A DNA stretch of 64,000 bases, taken from the IMG/VR virus record IMGVR_UViG_3300021964_009390, positions 158,462-222,461 of that record. The stretch is one strand, 5' to 3'. Each line of letters opens with the position of its first letter. Positions within the stretch are counted from its first letter, which is position 1. The notes below the pieces were generated by a model. The model did not search any database. It was not told where the DNA came from and was given only the letters and a program-made list of their open reading frames with translations. Below are positions 38,485 through 48,677 of the stretch, piece after piece. Position numbers and translations under genes: made by a program.

Positions 38485-41400
38485 ATGCCGGATAACACTA
38501 CAGAACCAAACACCGAAGGTCAACCGGCCCCGGATTTTAATTTATTGCGCAAGTCATTGTCACGGCTCGCGAAAAATTTTGATCTATTAAACAAAGCTTC
38601 TTTAAAAACGACTAAATCTTTATCGAAAATAGCAGAAGTTAACGTTGACAAGCTACAAGAAACCTCTCAGCAAACCGACACCAGAGTCCCGGCAGTAGCT
38701 CCTTCTGATTACCCATCGTTACAAAAAAATAATAACACATCTAGTCCAGTAGTGACTACTGTACAGTCACAAACTACATCGAGCTCTGACGCCGCAGTCA
38801 CTGACAAAGCAAAAAACGACACGGAACCAAAAAAACCCTCGGCCAAGCCACCTACATTCATAACTAAAATGACCGAACGGTTGAGAGACACGTTTGAGAA
38901 CGTGACTAGCAAAGCCACAGTTTCTAAAGACTCGTTCATGTATAAAACAATGGAAAGGGTCGGTAATACAGTGACTAGTGTCAAGGAAAAGCTCAAAGAC
39001 CAACCTAAAATAAACAAAATATTAGAGAGTTCTTCCGGAGCATTAACTACTATAAAAGAAAAACTCAAGGATCAACCGACGATCAACAAAGTATTAGAAA
39101 AATCTAGCACAGCTTTAGGGAATATAAAAGACAATTTAAAAGAACAACCAAAAAAACTTGCTGAATCTGCTGTAAAGTTCGGTAAAGAAGGTTGGCAAGA
39201 ACAAAAAGAAATGAACACACCATTAATGAAGGTCATTGCTGGTGTGAAAGAGCTAGGCAAAGGTAATATCACTGGAGCTGCCAAGCAAGTGATGAGTGCC
39301 AAGGATTCATACAATAAAATACAAAAACCAGACTCTAAAAAAGAAAAAACAAACACATCCAACCCACCACAAACAAACAACAAACAAACACCAACAAAAA
39401 CAAACACATCTACAGATAACACTACACCAAACATCACCGGTATACAGCAATTCAACGAGAAGCTAGACGAGAGTAGTAAAAAATTAGACGAATGGTCATC
39501 TAAAATTTCCGATATATTAAACAACAACACACAAGATGATGTAAAAATAAAAACATCAAACGAACCAACAGAAAAACCTGACGAACAATCCAAACCAGCT
39601 CCAAACATGACTCAATCAACTGATGAGAAGGGTTTACGACGATTGGACAAACCTAAACCAGTCAGAATCACCAATGTTGACGAAATAGCCAAAGCTATAC
39701 AGGGTATAGCAGTCAAAACAACTGGTGAATCTAGCGGTAAAGGCTCTGGAGTCATGATGTCCCCCGGTGGCGAAGAATCATCCGGTGGAATGTTAGGATC
39801 AATATTAGGAGGTGCATTGAGCTTGGGTAAAGCTGGATTGAAAAAAGCCGGAGGTCTGGTCAAGAGTGGTGCGAAAGGTGTATGGAATTTAGGAAAAAAA
39901 GCTTTCGGTGCCGGGAAATCACTACTAGGTAAAGGAGTCAACATGGCGAAAAACTTGGGTGGGAAAGCTGGAAAACTCGTCTCCGGTGGAGTGTCAAAAG
40001 TAAAAAATCTAGCCGGAGGCGCTGCTAAAAAGGTAGGTGGCTTTTTCTCTAAAATGTGGGGCGGAGCAAAAAGCTTGGGTAGCAAAGCGATAGGTAAAGT
40101 CAAGAGTGTGGGTAGTTCAGCAATGAAACTAGGTGGTAAAGCTCTAGGCAAAGCCAAAAGCCTTGGTAAGTCAGCAATTTCCGGAGTGAAAAAAGTGGCT
40201 AGCAAGCTAAACCCGGTGAAAGCATTTAAATCTGCGTTAGGGAAAATACCTGTAGGGAAATTACTAGCAAAAGTTGTAAAACTACCGATAATAGGCTCCG
40301 TCATATCCGGGGTATTAGCTGCATCTGAAGTGAAAGATATACTAGCTGATCCTAGCAAGTCTGAAAAAGACAAGCGTAAAGAAGTAGGTAAAGTTGTAGG
40401 TAAATCGATCGCTGGTATTATGGGTGGAGCTATAGCTGCTGGTGCTGTACAGATATTGAATGCGTTCCCTGGGTTGGGTGTAGCAGCAGCACCACTAGCA
40501 TATCTAGGAGGGGATTTTATAGGAAGTTCTATCGCTGGGTTCGTTATGAACAACGTCTCAGGTATCGATGAAAAAATAGGAGATATCACCGGGAAGGTGT
40601 TCAAATTAGACTTTAAAAAAGGCAGTAAAACTGATAAAAAAACACCAGAATCTGCAAAAAAAGCGAAAACTGAATCTAAAAAAATTGCTGATGGAGCCAA
40701 GTCTGACTCACCTGACAGTAAAAAACAAGACATAAAGGTGGACCCACTAAAAGCTCCGGACACTAAAAGTGATAGTAAACAATCTACAGATAAACCAATA
40801 CCTGACACCTCCGGAGGTCCCGGTTTCGCTACTCCTGAATTATCAAAAAATGAACCGGTAGACAAAGAACAGCTGTTAGAACAAAATCCTCAAATGCAAT
40901 CTGAGGAGCCAGGTGACAACAAATACGAAACTGAGGTAATTGCAGCAGAGACTCCGGTAATAACAACTCCAAGTGTTGCTGCTGAAAGTACAGGTACCGA
41001 ACCTGTGGATACGAAGTCACCGACTATTGTACCTATACCTACGAATAACACCGCAATAACACCTGAGGAAGCTTCAAAAACAAACATTCCGGTCATTCAA
41101 GGTGTACCTTTATCAAAAAATCAACCGAATAAGTTGAAACCTAACAATGTTGTCCAAAAGACCACACAAAGCTCTGACAACAATATAGTAGATAATCAGA
41201 CCGGTACTACTACTGCTGCTGACCCTGTGAAGGTTGAAGAGACATCGACCGCTCCCGGTATACAAAAAACCGCACTTATGAGTGTGGATGAGAGTGTACC
41301 CAAACAAATAGGGACCGCAGTAGCAGAAGCTATTAAACCAGCTCAATCTACTGAAACAATCGAAGATGTACCCGAACCGGATACTGATAATACAGCTAGT

Positions 41401-43023
41401 ACACTAACCTCCCCACCTGGTACAACCGCGGTGGTCCCGGCAAAGAAAAAAATGTCACTCTTGGATCGGGTCAAAGCGAAAAACTTTAAAGGCGGGTCTG
41501 ATACCACATCAACTCAACCCCCTAATGTAGCTAGTACCGGGGCTACAGCTGCTACTGGGGGTGGGATACTGGCTAAAGGGTTGAGTAAAATGAAATCGGG
41601 TGGTGGTAAACTAAAAGACAAAACATTTAGTAAAATTGACAGCATGACACCATGGTATGTACCCAAAGCTAGTACCATGGTTAAAATGTCAAAATCTAAA
41701 CTCGGCCGCAAGGGACTTGCTCTGGCTGGTGGTTATGCTCTTAAAAAGGCAAAAAACAAAATAGGTGATACTGCATCTGCTGCGGTGAGTAAAGGAAAAG
41801 ATTTACTAGGTAAGGTTGGTGATACTGGTAAAGGTTTAATAAAAAAAGCTATACCAAAGCCCAGTGGTGGTTTCTTATCCAAGATTGGAGACTTTATATC
41901 TTCTCCCGGTAAAAGTATAAAAGGAGCAATGTCTGCTCTAGCTACCAAAGCGAAGAGTTTGAACCCATTCGGTCGATCTAAATCAAAACCAACTAAAGCT
42001 ACAATCGAAACGAAACCCGGTTCTAGTTTAATGTCTAGAGGTACTGAAGAGTCAATAAAACCGGGTGATACATCTCAAGACCGGTTAAATAATACAAAAA
42101 TAGATTACAGTTCAACAGATGCATTGCTAGGTATAGATGATAAAACACAAAAAACCGCGACCCCAGAAGATAAAGTTAATAAACCCAAACCCACCAGTAA
42201 CTCTTTCTCTGACCGATTGAAAAATGTAAAAATGGACTTTGGTTCAACAGACGCGTTAATGGGTATTACAGACAAAGCAAAAACCGGTGGTAAATCGTTA
42301 CTAAGTAAAGCCAAAGGCGTGGGTAAATCGCTAGGCACCAAAGCGAAAAGCTTGTTAGGTGGTGCTGGTAAAATAGGTAGTACTATCTCTGACCGATTGA
42401 AAAATGTAAAAATGGACTTTGGTTCAACAGACGCGTTAATGGGTATTACAGACAAAGCAAAAACCGGTGGTAAATCACTAGGCACCAAAGCGAAAAGCTT
42501 GTTAGGTGGTGCTGGTAAAATAGGTAGCGGATTGATTAAAAAAATACCGGGTGGTGAATCGTTACTAGGCAAAGCGGCAAAACTTGCTTCCGGTGGTATA
42601 TCGAAAATTAAATCTGGTATGAAAGGTATACCAACTAAATTAAAATCTACAAAAGGTAAAATATTGAAGAAATCCACCCCGGTGGATTCAGTTGAAAAAT
42701 CTAGCGAAAAGAAACCTGGGTTGTTAACTAAATTTAAAAAATCATCCGCAATGCTGGCTGGTAGTGCTGTCGCCGGCGCAACAGCTGCAAAAGAAAAAGC
42801 TAAATCAATGGCTCCGGGCTTGAAAGAAAAATGGAGGGAAGGTACTACACCTCAGAAAAGTGATGAAAAGGAACAAAAACCAGGAATTATTTCTAACAGC
42901 TCATCTAGCAGTAGTACAAACACTACAGTGATCAATCGTTACGATACAGACACTATAAGCCGGTGGAGGAGCAAATACATAGATGATCAACACAAGCCCG
43001 GTCACTACTCCTTATTTAGTTGA
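38485..43023 (+). CDS. Tape-measure-like protein (gp29 position)
   Basis: 1512 aa; 11/22-aa Gly/Lys amphipathic periodicity, central hydrophobic Gly/Ala segments; located between gp26-like and gp48/gp53 genes. Confidence 0.65.
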   Translation: MPDNTTEPNTEGQPAPDFNLLRKSLSRLAKNFDLLNKASLKTTKSLSKIAEVNVDKLQETSQQTDTRVPAVAPSDYPSLQKNNNTSSPVVTTVQSQTTSSSDAAVTDKAKNDTEPKKPSAKPPTFITKMTERLRDTFENVTSKATVSKDSFMYKTMERVGNTVTSVKEKLKDQPKINKILESSSGALTTIKEKLKDQPTINKVLEKSSTALGNIKDNLKEQPKKLAESAVKFGKEGWQEQKEMNTPLMKVIAGVKELGKGNITGAAKQVMSAKDSYNKIQKPDSKKEKTNTSNPPQTNNKQTPTKTNTSTDNTTPNITGIQQFNEKLDESSKKLDEWSSKISDILNNNTQDDVKIKTSNEPTEKPDEQSKPAPNMTQSTDEKGLRRLDKPKPVRITNVDEIAKAIQGIAVKTTGESSGKGSGVMMSPGGEESSGGMLGSILGGALSLGKAGLKKAGGLVKSGAKGVWNLGKKAFGAGKSLLGKGVNMAKNLGGKAGKLVSGGVSKVKNLAGGAAKKVGGFFSKMWGGAKSLGSKAIGKVKSVGSSAMKLGGKALGKAKSLGKSAISGVKKVASKLNPVKAFKSALGKIPVGKLLAKVVKLPIIGSVISGVLAASEVKDILADPSKSEKDKRKEVGKVVGKSIAGIMGGAIAAGAVQILNAFPGLGVAAAPLAYLGGDFIGSSIAGFVMNNVSGIDEKIGDITGKVFKLDFKKGSKTDKKTPESAKKAKTESKKIADGAKSDSPDSKKQDIKVDPLKAPDTKSDSKQSTDKPIPDTSGGPGFATPELSKNEPVDKEQLLEQNPQMQSEEPGDNKYETEVIAAETPVITTPSVAAESTGTEPVDTKSPTIVPIPTNNTAITPEEASKTNIPVIQGVPLSKNQPNKLKPNNVVQKTTQSSDNNIVDNQTGTTTAADPVKVEETSTAPGIQKTALMSVDESVPKQIGTAVAEAIKPAQSTETIEDVPEPDTDNTASTLTSPPGTTAVVPAKKKMSLLDRVKAKNFKGGSDTTSTQPPNVASTGATAATGGGILAKGLSKMKSGGGKLKDKTFSKIDSMTPWYVPKASTMVKMSKSKLGRKGLALAGGYALKKAKNKIGDTASAAVSKGKDLLGKVGDTGKGLIKKAIPKPSGGFLSKIGDFISSPGKSIKGAMSALATKAKSLNPFGRSKSKPTKATIETKPGSSLMSRGTEESIKPGDTSQDRLNNTKIDYSSTDALLGIDDKTQKTATPEDKVNKPKPTSNSFSDRLKNVKMDFGSTDALMGITDKAKTGGKSLLSKAKGVGKSLGTKAKSLLGGAGKIGSTISDRLKNVKMDFGSTDALMGITDKAKTGGKSLGTKAKSLLGGAGKIGSGLIKKIPGGESLLGKAAKLASGGISKIKSGMKGIPTKLKSTKGKILKKSTPVDSVEKSSEKKPGLLTKFKKSSAMLAGSAVAGATAAKEKAKSMAPGLKEKWREGTTPQKSDEKEQKPGIISNSSSSSSTNTTVINRYDTDTISRWRSKYIDDQHKPGHYSLFS
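42206..42527 (+). repeat. In-frame tandem duplication in the tape-measure-like gene
   Basis: Exact 91-bp match 42206-42296 = 42386-42476 and 50-bp match 42331-42380 = 42478-42527; the second copy lacks 33 bp. Confidence 0.9.
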
Positions 43024-43042
43024 TTGTAAACTAGAACACTAG

Positions 43043-43050
43043 ATTAAATA
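43043..43050 (+). promoter_or_regulatory. Late promoter of gp48-like operon
   Basis: ATTAAATA, ATG 8 nt downstream. Confidence 0.6.
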
Positions 43051-43057
43051 TAGATAT

Positions 43058-44134
43058 ATGGCCAAACCACCCTATACATACATATGGTACTTTGATGAAC
43101 GTAGCGGTTTCAGTGACGGGCAATCCGCTCCTAAGCTTGTTGGTGTAAATGGAACTGGTAGTAACGATGGTATAGGTGGGGCAGTCAAACCAGATATAGA
43201 AGGTTACACATACATAAATGTGAGTAAGCATTTTAGCTGGACGTTACAAGATGAACGTAACGAGGTACCTAGAGTAATATTGAAAGAGCTAGTACAGGAT
43301 CAAACTGCTTTGCTGACCCGCGCCAAATATTTTTTAGGACAATCTTCAGACATCGGTACTGCATTGGGTATAGCGTTCACAGACGTACTAGATTCGTACA
43401 CCGGGTTATACGCAACAAGTGACACCGGATTCTATTATGACTTACCCAGCTTGGATGGCGACTATTTAAAAACCGGTGGTAACAGCTTTTCTGCCGGTGC
43501 AGATGGTAAGGGTATGATCAAAGGTGCCGGTGATGTCGCCGCCGGTTTGATGGGTGGTGCAGACAGTAAATTTGGTAAAGCCGCTAGAGGAATCGCATCT
43601 GCATTAGCGGAAGGCCCGGACATGATAGGTAAATTTAGAGAGGCTTTCACCGCTGGTGGTGGTGGTTACTATACGGAACAGCCGCAATTTTACCAGCATG
43701 GACAAAACGCTAGACAGCACACGGTCAAATTCCCATTATACAATACAGGCGATTACGATGATATGATCCGTAATTTCCAACTAGCTTACATGTTAGTGTA
43801 TCAAAATTTACCTAACAGAAACAGTAAACAGATTATCATGCCACCTTGTATATATGAATTGACTATACCTGGTGTGACATATTGCCCGTATGTGTATATG
43901 AGTAGTGTGGATGTTACATTTATGGGTTCTCGTCATGAAATGACATTGAAATTACCATTTGAAAGTATGGACGATTACAAAGGTGTACGTGTCACAGTAC
44001 CAGAAGCATACGAAATAACTCTAAATATACAAGAATTGGTAGGCCATACTAAAAACTTTATGTATTTCAATGTTGACCGGCTAGTATCAACTGGGGTTGA
44101 GTCTATAGATTTAGGAGTGGAGGGTAACGAGTAA
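43058..44134 (+). CDS. gp48: Baseplate tail-tube cap gp48-like
   Basis: R.HTVKFPL, PPCIYEL.I, MSSVDV.F, VPEAYEITL.IQE. Confidence 0.6.
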   Translation: MAKPPYTYIWYFDERSGFSDGQSAPKLVGVNGTGSNDGIGGAVKPDIEGYTYINVSKHFSWTLQDERNEVPRVILKELVQDQTALLTRAKYFLGQSSDIGTALGIAFTDVLDSYTGLYATSDTGFYYDLPSLDGDYLKTGGNSFSAGADGKGMIKGAGDVAAGLMGGADSKFGKAARGIASALAEGPDMIGKFREAFTAGGGGYYTEQPQFYQHGQNARQHTVKFPLYNTGDYDDMIRNFQLAYMLVYQNLPNRNSKQIIMPPCIYELTIPGVTYCPYVYMSSVDVTFMGSRHEMTLKLPFESMDDYKGVRVTVPEAYEITLNIQELVGHTKNFMYFNVDRLVSTGVESIDLGVEGNE

Positions 44135-44135
44135 C

Positions 44136-44519
44136 ATGGACGCGACTGGTGCATTCCACAACCAAATTGAAGAGTTAGAAGCTATAGCGGATAGTCGATA
44201 TGAAAATATTTTCCGCATGTTCAGTAGAGACGAAAAATATTTCTACAATATACTGAGAAGAGTCAATATTGATATAGACAATGCGGATCCTCAAACATTC
44301 AATATAAGAAAAATAAAATACGACATGCCATGGACAGTCATAAGTTACAGAGCGTACGGTACAACCGATCTGTGGTGGATGGTGTACTTTGCAAATCAAG
44401 ACAAATTTAAATCTCCTCTAGAACTGGTACCTGGTGGTACTGAGTTGAACATAATAAAACCGGTACATCTCCGCGATATTGTAGATGAGATCAACCAAGA
44501 ACTTACACCTAAAGTATAA
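44136..44519 (+). CDS. gp53: Baseplate wedge gp53 (LysM-like)
   Basis: PWTVISYRAYGTTDLWWMVYFAN, L.IIKP. Confidence 0.8.
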   Translation: MDATGAFHNQIEELEAIADSRYENIFRMFSRDEKYFYNILRRVNIDIDNADPQTFNIRKIKYDMPWTVISYRAYGTTDLWWMVYFANQDKFKSPLELVPGGTELNIIKPVHLRDIVDEINQELTPKV

Positions 44520-46193
44520 ATGATAAATTTACCATCATTCGGTAATGCCAAACAATTGGACGAATTTGTAAACAATTATGCAAAACGTAACACCGTGTCT
44601 ATTGATAATCGTGACCTGTTTTTCGCCTGCGCATTAGATAATGGTAAACAGCGCAGCTTGTTTGTGAAGTCTGGAGTTGAGACCCTGGTGATTGAAGATG
44701 ATTTATTCAGCTGGTATACAAAAGGTTACATAACTTTTCGAGATGATGAAGATGCAATTGAACGGGCCCCGGGACCGGACAAGTTACTAGACATGCTCCG
44801 ATTGAGTACTGGTTATAAGATAAGAGGTGATGGTAGAGATATACTATCCATAAACATAACACCAAAAATAGACCATGTAAAGACTTTTATTGCCAAAATA
44901 TCCGGAATGGAAGCCCAACCAGACGATGATATATACAAATTAGCAAACGAATATGCCGTATATGATATAAAGCAAGACTATACAGATGATGGTCGCCAGT
45001 TAAAAACACTATATTTTTGGGACTTACGCTACCAATTGTTACTAGAAAGAAATGTACATTATTCAACCGCGCTAGTCAAGGGAAAAAAAGACCCGGCGTT
45101 TGGGAAAAAAATACGACAAGTTAACAACACAGATCGAGGTGTAAGCAGTGGTGAAGCCATACAGGAATATATCAAGCAATCGCTAGAAGACCAAAACCCG
45201 GAATTTGATGACGATTGGGACAAAGGTGGTACTGAAGTTTTTTATTCATCCCCATCACAGTATAAAGGTATAAACGATTTAGATTGGTTGATGGACTCCC
45301 ATGTAAGTGACAGTTCAGCTGACAATGACTTTGGTATACTGAAATATGACCATTTCACTAAAAAATGGACCTTACAAGGAGTAAGTAAATACTTCGAACA
45401 GGCGACCAAAGGAGATGAAGCTGGAGACTATCAGCTTGATAAATTTCAAATATCATACCACGCCGGAAGCTTACCTAGCTGGTTAAGTTTTTTCGGTGCT
45501 AAAAATAAAGCACCAAAATTTAAATTAAGTGATTTGAACAGTAAGAAAAAAAGCCTCAAGGTACCATTACCGAAGCTAGGTCAACTGTCTAGAAAAAACA
45601 TTATACTAGGTGAAGTCGCTGAAATCGAAAAAGATAAATGGAAGTTTAGCGACCTAGCGGGGGTTGATAATCAAACACTATTGACAACATACGCGGTACA
45701 TAGCTACAACATATCATCACATGAGTTCAATATAGACGTATATAACAATGAGATACAAACAGTCACAGAAAAATTTCAAAAACAATACATTGAGAAAAAC
45801 TTTTTAGGGGACGATAAACCATCTACAAGTTTCAACATAACACCTGGTAAGAAAAACCGTAAAGTTATAAACAATATGTATACACTGAGTAATGATGAAA
45901 AGGTCCGCGCAGTCAAGGGTAGAAATCAGCTCTATAAAAATTTAATTTTTTTAAATAATGCATGTAGTTTAGATTTAAAGGGTGAAACACACAGAAGATC
46001 CGGTAGGTTTTTCAGTTTAGATAGACAAGGGTTTTACTTCGATAATGAATTTGATGAAAAGGTATTAGGGCAGTATTTTATTGTCAATGTAAAACATATA
46101 TTTGATGGAGAAACATATAAAAACGAGGTACTAGGAGTGAAACCATATAGATATGCAGAACCGGCCTTTGAACTTAAAAAGATAATAGAATAA
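44520..46193 (+). CDS. Baseplate hub gp27-like protein
   Basis: IEDDLF...GYITF.D at the N-terminus, GQYFIVNVKHIF at the C-terminus; follows gp53. Confidence 0.6.
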   Translation: MINLPSFGNAKQLDEFVNNYAKRNTVSIDNRDLFFACALDNGKQRSLFVKSGVETLVIEDDLFSWYTKGYITFRDDEDAIERAPGPDKLLDMLRLSTGYKIRGDGRDILSINITPKIDHVKTFIAKISGMEAQPDDDIYKLANEYAVYDIKQDYTDDGRQLKTLYFWDLRYQLLLERNVHYSTALVKGKKDPAFGKKIRQVNNTDRGVSSGEAIQEYIKQSLEDQNPEFDDDWDKGGTEVFYSSPSQYKGINDLDWLMDSHVSDSSADNDFGILKYDHFTKKWTLQGVSKYFEQATKGDEAGDYQLDKFQISYHAGSLPSWLSFFGAKNKAPKFKLSDLNSKKKSLKVPLPKLGQLSRKNIILGEVAEIEKDKWKFSDLAGVDNQTLLTTYAVHSYNISSHEFNIDVYNNEIQTVTEKFQKQYIEKNFLGDDKPSTSFNITPGKKNRKVINNMYTLSNDEKVRAVKGRNQLYKNLIFLNNACSLDLKGETHRRSGRFFSLDRQGFYFDNEFDEKVLGQYFIVNVKHIFDGETYKNEVLGVKPYRYAEPAFELKKIIE

Positions 46194-47266
46194 TGGCCGA
46201 GCAAACCACTAATCCAGAAATGACTGATGTAAATCTGGCAAACACAGCCGATTTCCTCAAAGCATTTAGTGATTATAACGAGCACCTAGGTAAGTTTGCC
46301 AAACAAATCGCGTTGGCATCTGTATATCAGTATACCGACGTTACTGTAGATCCAATAACAGACAAGGCTAAGCTTTTTGAGTCTTTGACTAAAGGTACGT
46401 TAAAAATATCTACAGAAACTAGAGGTGCAAAGGATACAAAAGGTAAATCACCACCAGTTGTGACGGACACAGCATTGGGTTTCAACAACGATTCCGGTAC
46501 CGGTCTAGACGATGACTTTTTAGCATATTGGATAGAAAAATATCGTTTGTTACACCCGGTCATTCAACGTGAATGTGAAAAACTACTTCCAGGAGCAGCA
46601 AATGTATATTTTAAAGATATCAGTGAGAGTATAGGTTGTTTAACAGAAGCGGACTGGATTGATGATGACAAGGTGTTACCCATGTTTGATGTGACAGTGA
46701 CACAATACGACCCACCAGTTGTATACAATAGCAAATTACATAACAAATTGAGCACCAACACACAGTTAGTGAGTTTAAAAATGAGCAAATTGCTCAATGT
46801 GAACACTAGAAAAAATTTAATAAACATTATAAACGGTCCAAATAGCCATAAATTGGAAAAAGACAGTAGTACTGATTCTCATGGTAACAATCTCATAACA
46901 GATTTTGAGCATCGAACCAGAATGAACAAAATATTAACAGAACTAGTAAACATACTACAAAAGCAATACGAGGATTTGTGGAGATTGGTGGATTGGTTTA
47001 ACACCAAAGAGAATACTAGCAGTTTAAAATTTAAAAAGGTAAAACTAGACATTGAAGAAGTAAAAGTAGATGTAGATATACTAAAAAATAAATTGTACAA
47101 AACAAAAAAAGAGATGACAAACAATTGTGTGTTGAGTGTAGATTGTGAAGATAAACAAGCACGTGTAGCAAGACTAGCCAAGGAAAAAGCAGAAGATGCA
47201 GCACTTCAGGCCAAGAGGAAAGCTAGTTTGTTAGAAAAAATTAAAGGGATGATTGGTCTAGGTTAA
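46193..47266 (+). CDS. Hypothetical baseplate-region protein
   Basis: 357 aa, coupled to the hub gene; no gp5 OB-fold or lysozyme motifs seen. Confidence 0.5.
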   Translation: MAEQTTNPEMTDVNLANTADFLKAFSDYNEHLGKFAKQIALASVYQYTDVTVDPITDKAKLFESLTKGTLKISTETRGAKDTKGKSPPVVTDTALGFNNDSGTGLDDDFLAYWIEKYRLLHPVIQRECEKLLPGAANVYFKDISESIGCLTEADWIDDDKVLPMFDVTVTQYDPPVVYNSKLHNKLSTNTQLVSLKMSKLLNVNTRKNLINIINGPNSHKLEKDSSTDSHGNNLITDFEHRTRMNKILTELVNILQKQYEDLWRLVDWFNTKENTSSLKFKKVKLDIEEVKVDVDILKNKLYKTKKEMTNNCVLSVDCEDKQARVARLAKEKAEDAALQAKRKASLLEKIKGMIGLG

Positions 47267-47766
47267 TCCGCGACATCGTTATCTAAGTCATCTGTCACAC
47301 AATCCACGTCGATAACATCGCTTTTTTCCAAAAGCTTTTTAAAAATTTCTTCTCTAGTACCAATCAACTTAGTTTTATTATTATCATCATTTATTTGTTT
47401 TTTGGCCTCTATATCCATTTGCTTAATTTTTACTTGAGTATCTACGCGCTGGTTACTGGTATGTAGCTTGGTTAAATTATCTATTGCTGTACTAGTAGCT
47501 TTTAACAGTTCTGCAAAACTACCTATATCTTCTGCGTTTGGAGCAGCTGCAACATATTGCTTCATTATTTGCAACACATCAACACTATCCTTTATCAAAG
47601 TTCCTTGATTATCTAGTATAAACTGCTCTAGATCATGTTTATTTAAGTTCATTTTTTCAGCAGCAGCTACAAGCTCATCAGTATCCGACACACCACCTTG
47701 TAGTTGTTCTATTAAATCCTGAACACCATCAAATGGGTCTTCTTCTTGTTGGATTTGCTCCGTCAT
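47263..47766 (-). CDS. gp16: Terminase small subunit gp16-like
   Basis: APNAEDIGSFAELLKA...AIDNL.KL and NNKTKLIGTREEIFKKL parallel the gp16 PRAYEV..QL.K / NN.L.VGST.EL.K motifs. ATG 47766 lies 6 nt from CTAAATA (track start 47808). Confidence 0.65.
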   Translation of the reverse strand: MTEQIQQEEDPFDGVQDLIEQLQGGVSDTDELVAAAEKMNLNKHDLEQFILDNQGTLIKDSVDVLQIMKQYVAAAPNAEDIGSFAELLKATSTAIDNLTKLHTSNQRVDTQVKIKQMDIEAKKQINDDNNKTKLIGTREEIFKKLLEKSDVIDVDCVTDDLDNDVAD

Positions 47767-47786
47767 AATTATATTTAGACTGACAC

Positions 47787-47815
47787 TTGAAATATACAAT
47801 ACTATCATGTATAAT
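47787..47815 (+). promoter_or_regulatory. Sigma70 promoter of 49-aa ORF-dut-gp44
   Basis: TTGAAA-N17-TATAAT; ATG 7 nt downstream. Confidence 0.8.
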
Positions 47816-47821
47816 ATTGAA

Positions 47822-47971
47822 ATGATATCTATAACAGTAAACGGGGTGGATTATAAATTACCACCGGAGAAGTTTTCAGTATTGTTAAGTTGGTTACAAT
47901 CTAACGGCGCTATTAAAGTGTTAGAAGCATCAAATCCAGACCAAGACGGGAGGACATTAATAAATGAGTGA
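47822..47971 (+). CDS. 49-aa early ORF not in the ORF track
   Basis: MISITVNGVDYKLPPEKFSVLLSWLQSNGAIKVLEASNPDQDGRTLINE*; ATG 7 nt after TATAAT; overlaps the dut start. Confidence 0.6.
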   Translation: MISITVNGVDYKLPPEKFSVLLSWLQSNGAIKVLEASNPDQDGRTLINE

Positions 47972-48677
47972 AGCACCTGTACGCATAAGACCATTACGCG
48001 ATCCAGTAGTGAGATTGAAAAAAACTCACCCAGATGCCGTACTACCACAAGCAAATAACAAAGAACCGGGGGTAGGTGATACAGGTTTTGATCTTGTTGC
48101 TGTAGAGACAGTTGACATTAGCCGCGCTAGCAGTGAAGTTGTACCCGTAGGTCTGACATTGGCAGATATTGATCCGGGATATTGGATCCGAATCGAACCA
48201 CGTAGCGGTTTAGGATTTAAGCATTCTATACAACCACATTTAGGGGTCATCGACAACGGTTATCGTGGAGATTTAGCTGTGAAATTATATAATTTTAATA
48301 ACCACACATCATATAGAGTCAACAAAGGGGACAAAATCGCGCAACTCGTGGTGTATCCATTGATTCAACCAATGTTTGAATTGACTGACGAGGTAACTGA
48401 GACCGCCAGAGGGAACAGCGGATTTGGGTCATCTGACTGTAAAGACAATCTAGGACTTCCTCCGTATAGTCAACGCGTCCGAGATGTGTCTAATTATCCG
48501 GACGATGTAAAAACACAACAATGGATTGAAAAAAATTCATATCAAATAGACCAAGGTTCTAGAATCATGCCATCTTTCGAATCCGCGCAAGATCTAATTG
48601 ATTATGCGAAAGAATATGACATGCCGGATGATTTGTTTCATTATTATATGAGTATCCGTGTGTGGGATAAAAAATGA
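47964..48677 (+). CDS. dut: Trimeric dUTPase with ~79-aa C-terminal extension
   Basis: Motifs GFDL, PRSG, GVIDNGYRG, KIAQ, RGNSGFGSS. Confidence 0.92.
   Translation: MSEAPVRIRPLRDPVVRLKKTHPDAVLPQANNKEPGVGDTGFDLVAVETVDISRASSEVVPVGLTLADIDPGYWIRIEPRSGLGFKHSIQPHLGVIDNGYRGDLAVKLYNFNNHTSYRVNKGDKIAQLVVYPLIQPMFELTDEVTETARGNSGFGSSDCKDNLGLPPYSQRVRDVSNYPDDVKTQQWIEKNSYQIDQGSRIMPSFESAQDLIDYAKEYDMPDDLFHYYMSIRVWDKK

Noticed and set aside
39612-40865. 417-aa minus-strand ORF and other long antisense ORFs (38709, 39072, 42105)
   Set aside because: Shadows of the low-complexity plus-strand tape-measure-like gene; no promoter or recognisable motif.
42206-42527. Repeat pair as a diversity-generating retroelement TR/VR
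   Set aside because: Copies are exact and adjacent with no adenine-specific mismatches; no reverse transcriptase in the window.
46193-47266. gp5 cell-puncturing protein, expected after the gp27-like hub
   Set aside because: No OB-fold, lysozyme or beta-helix repeat motifs; left as hypothetical.
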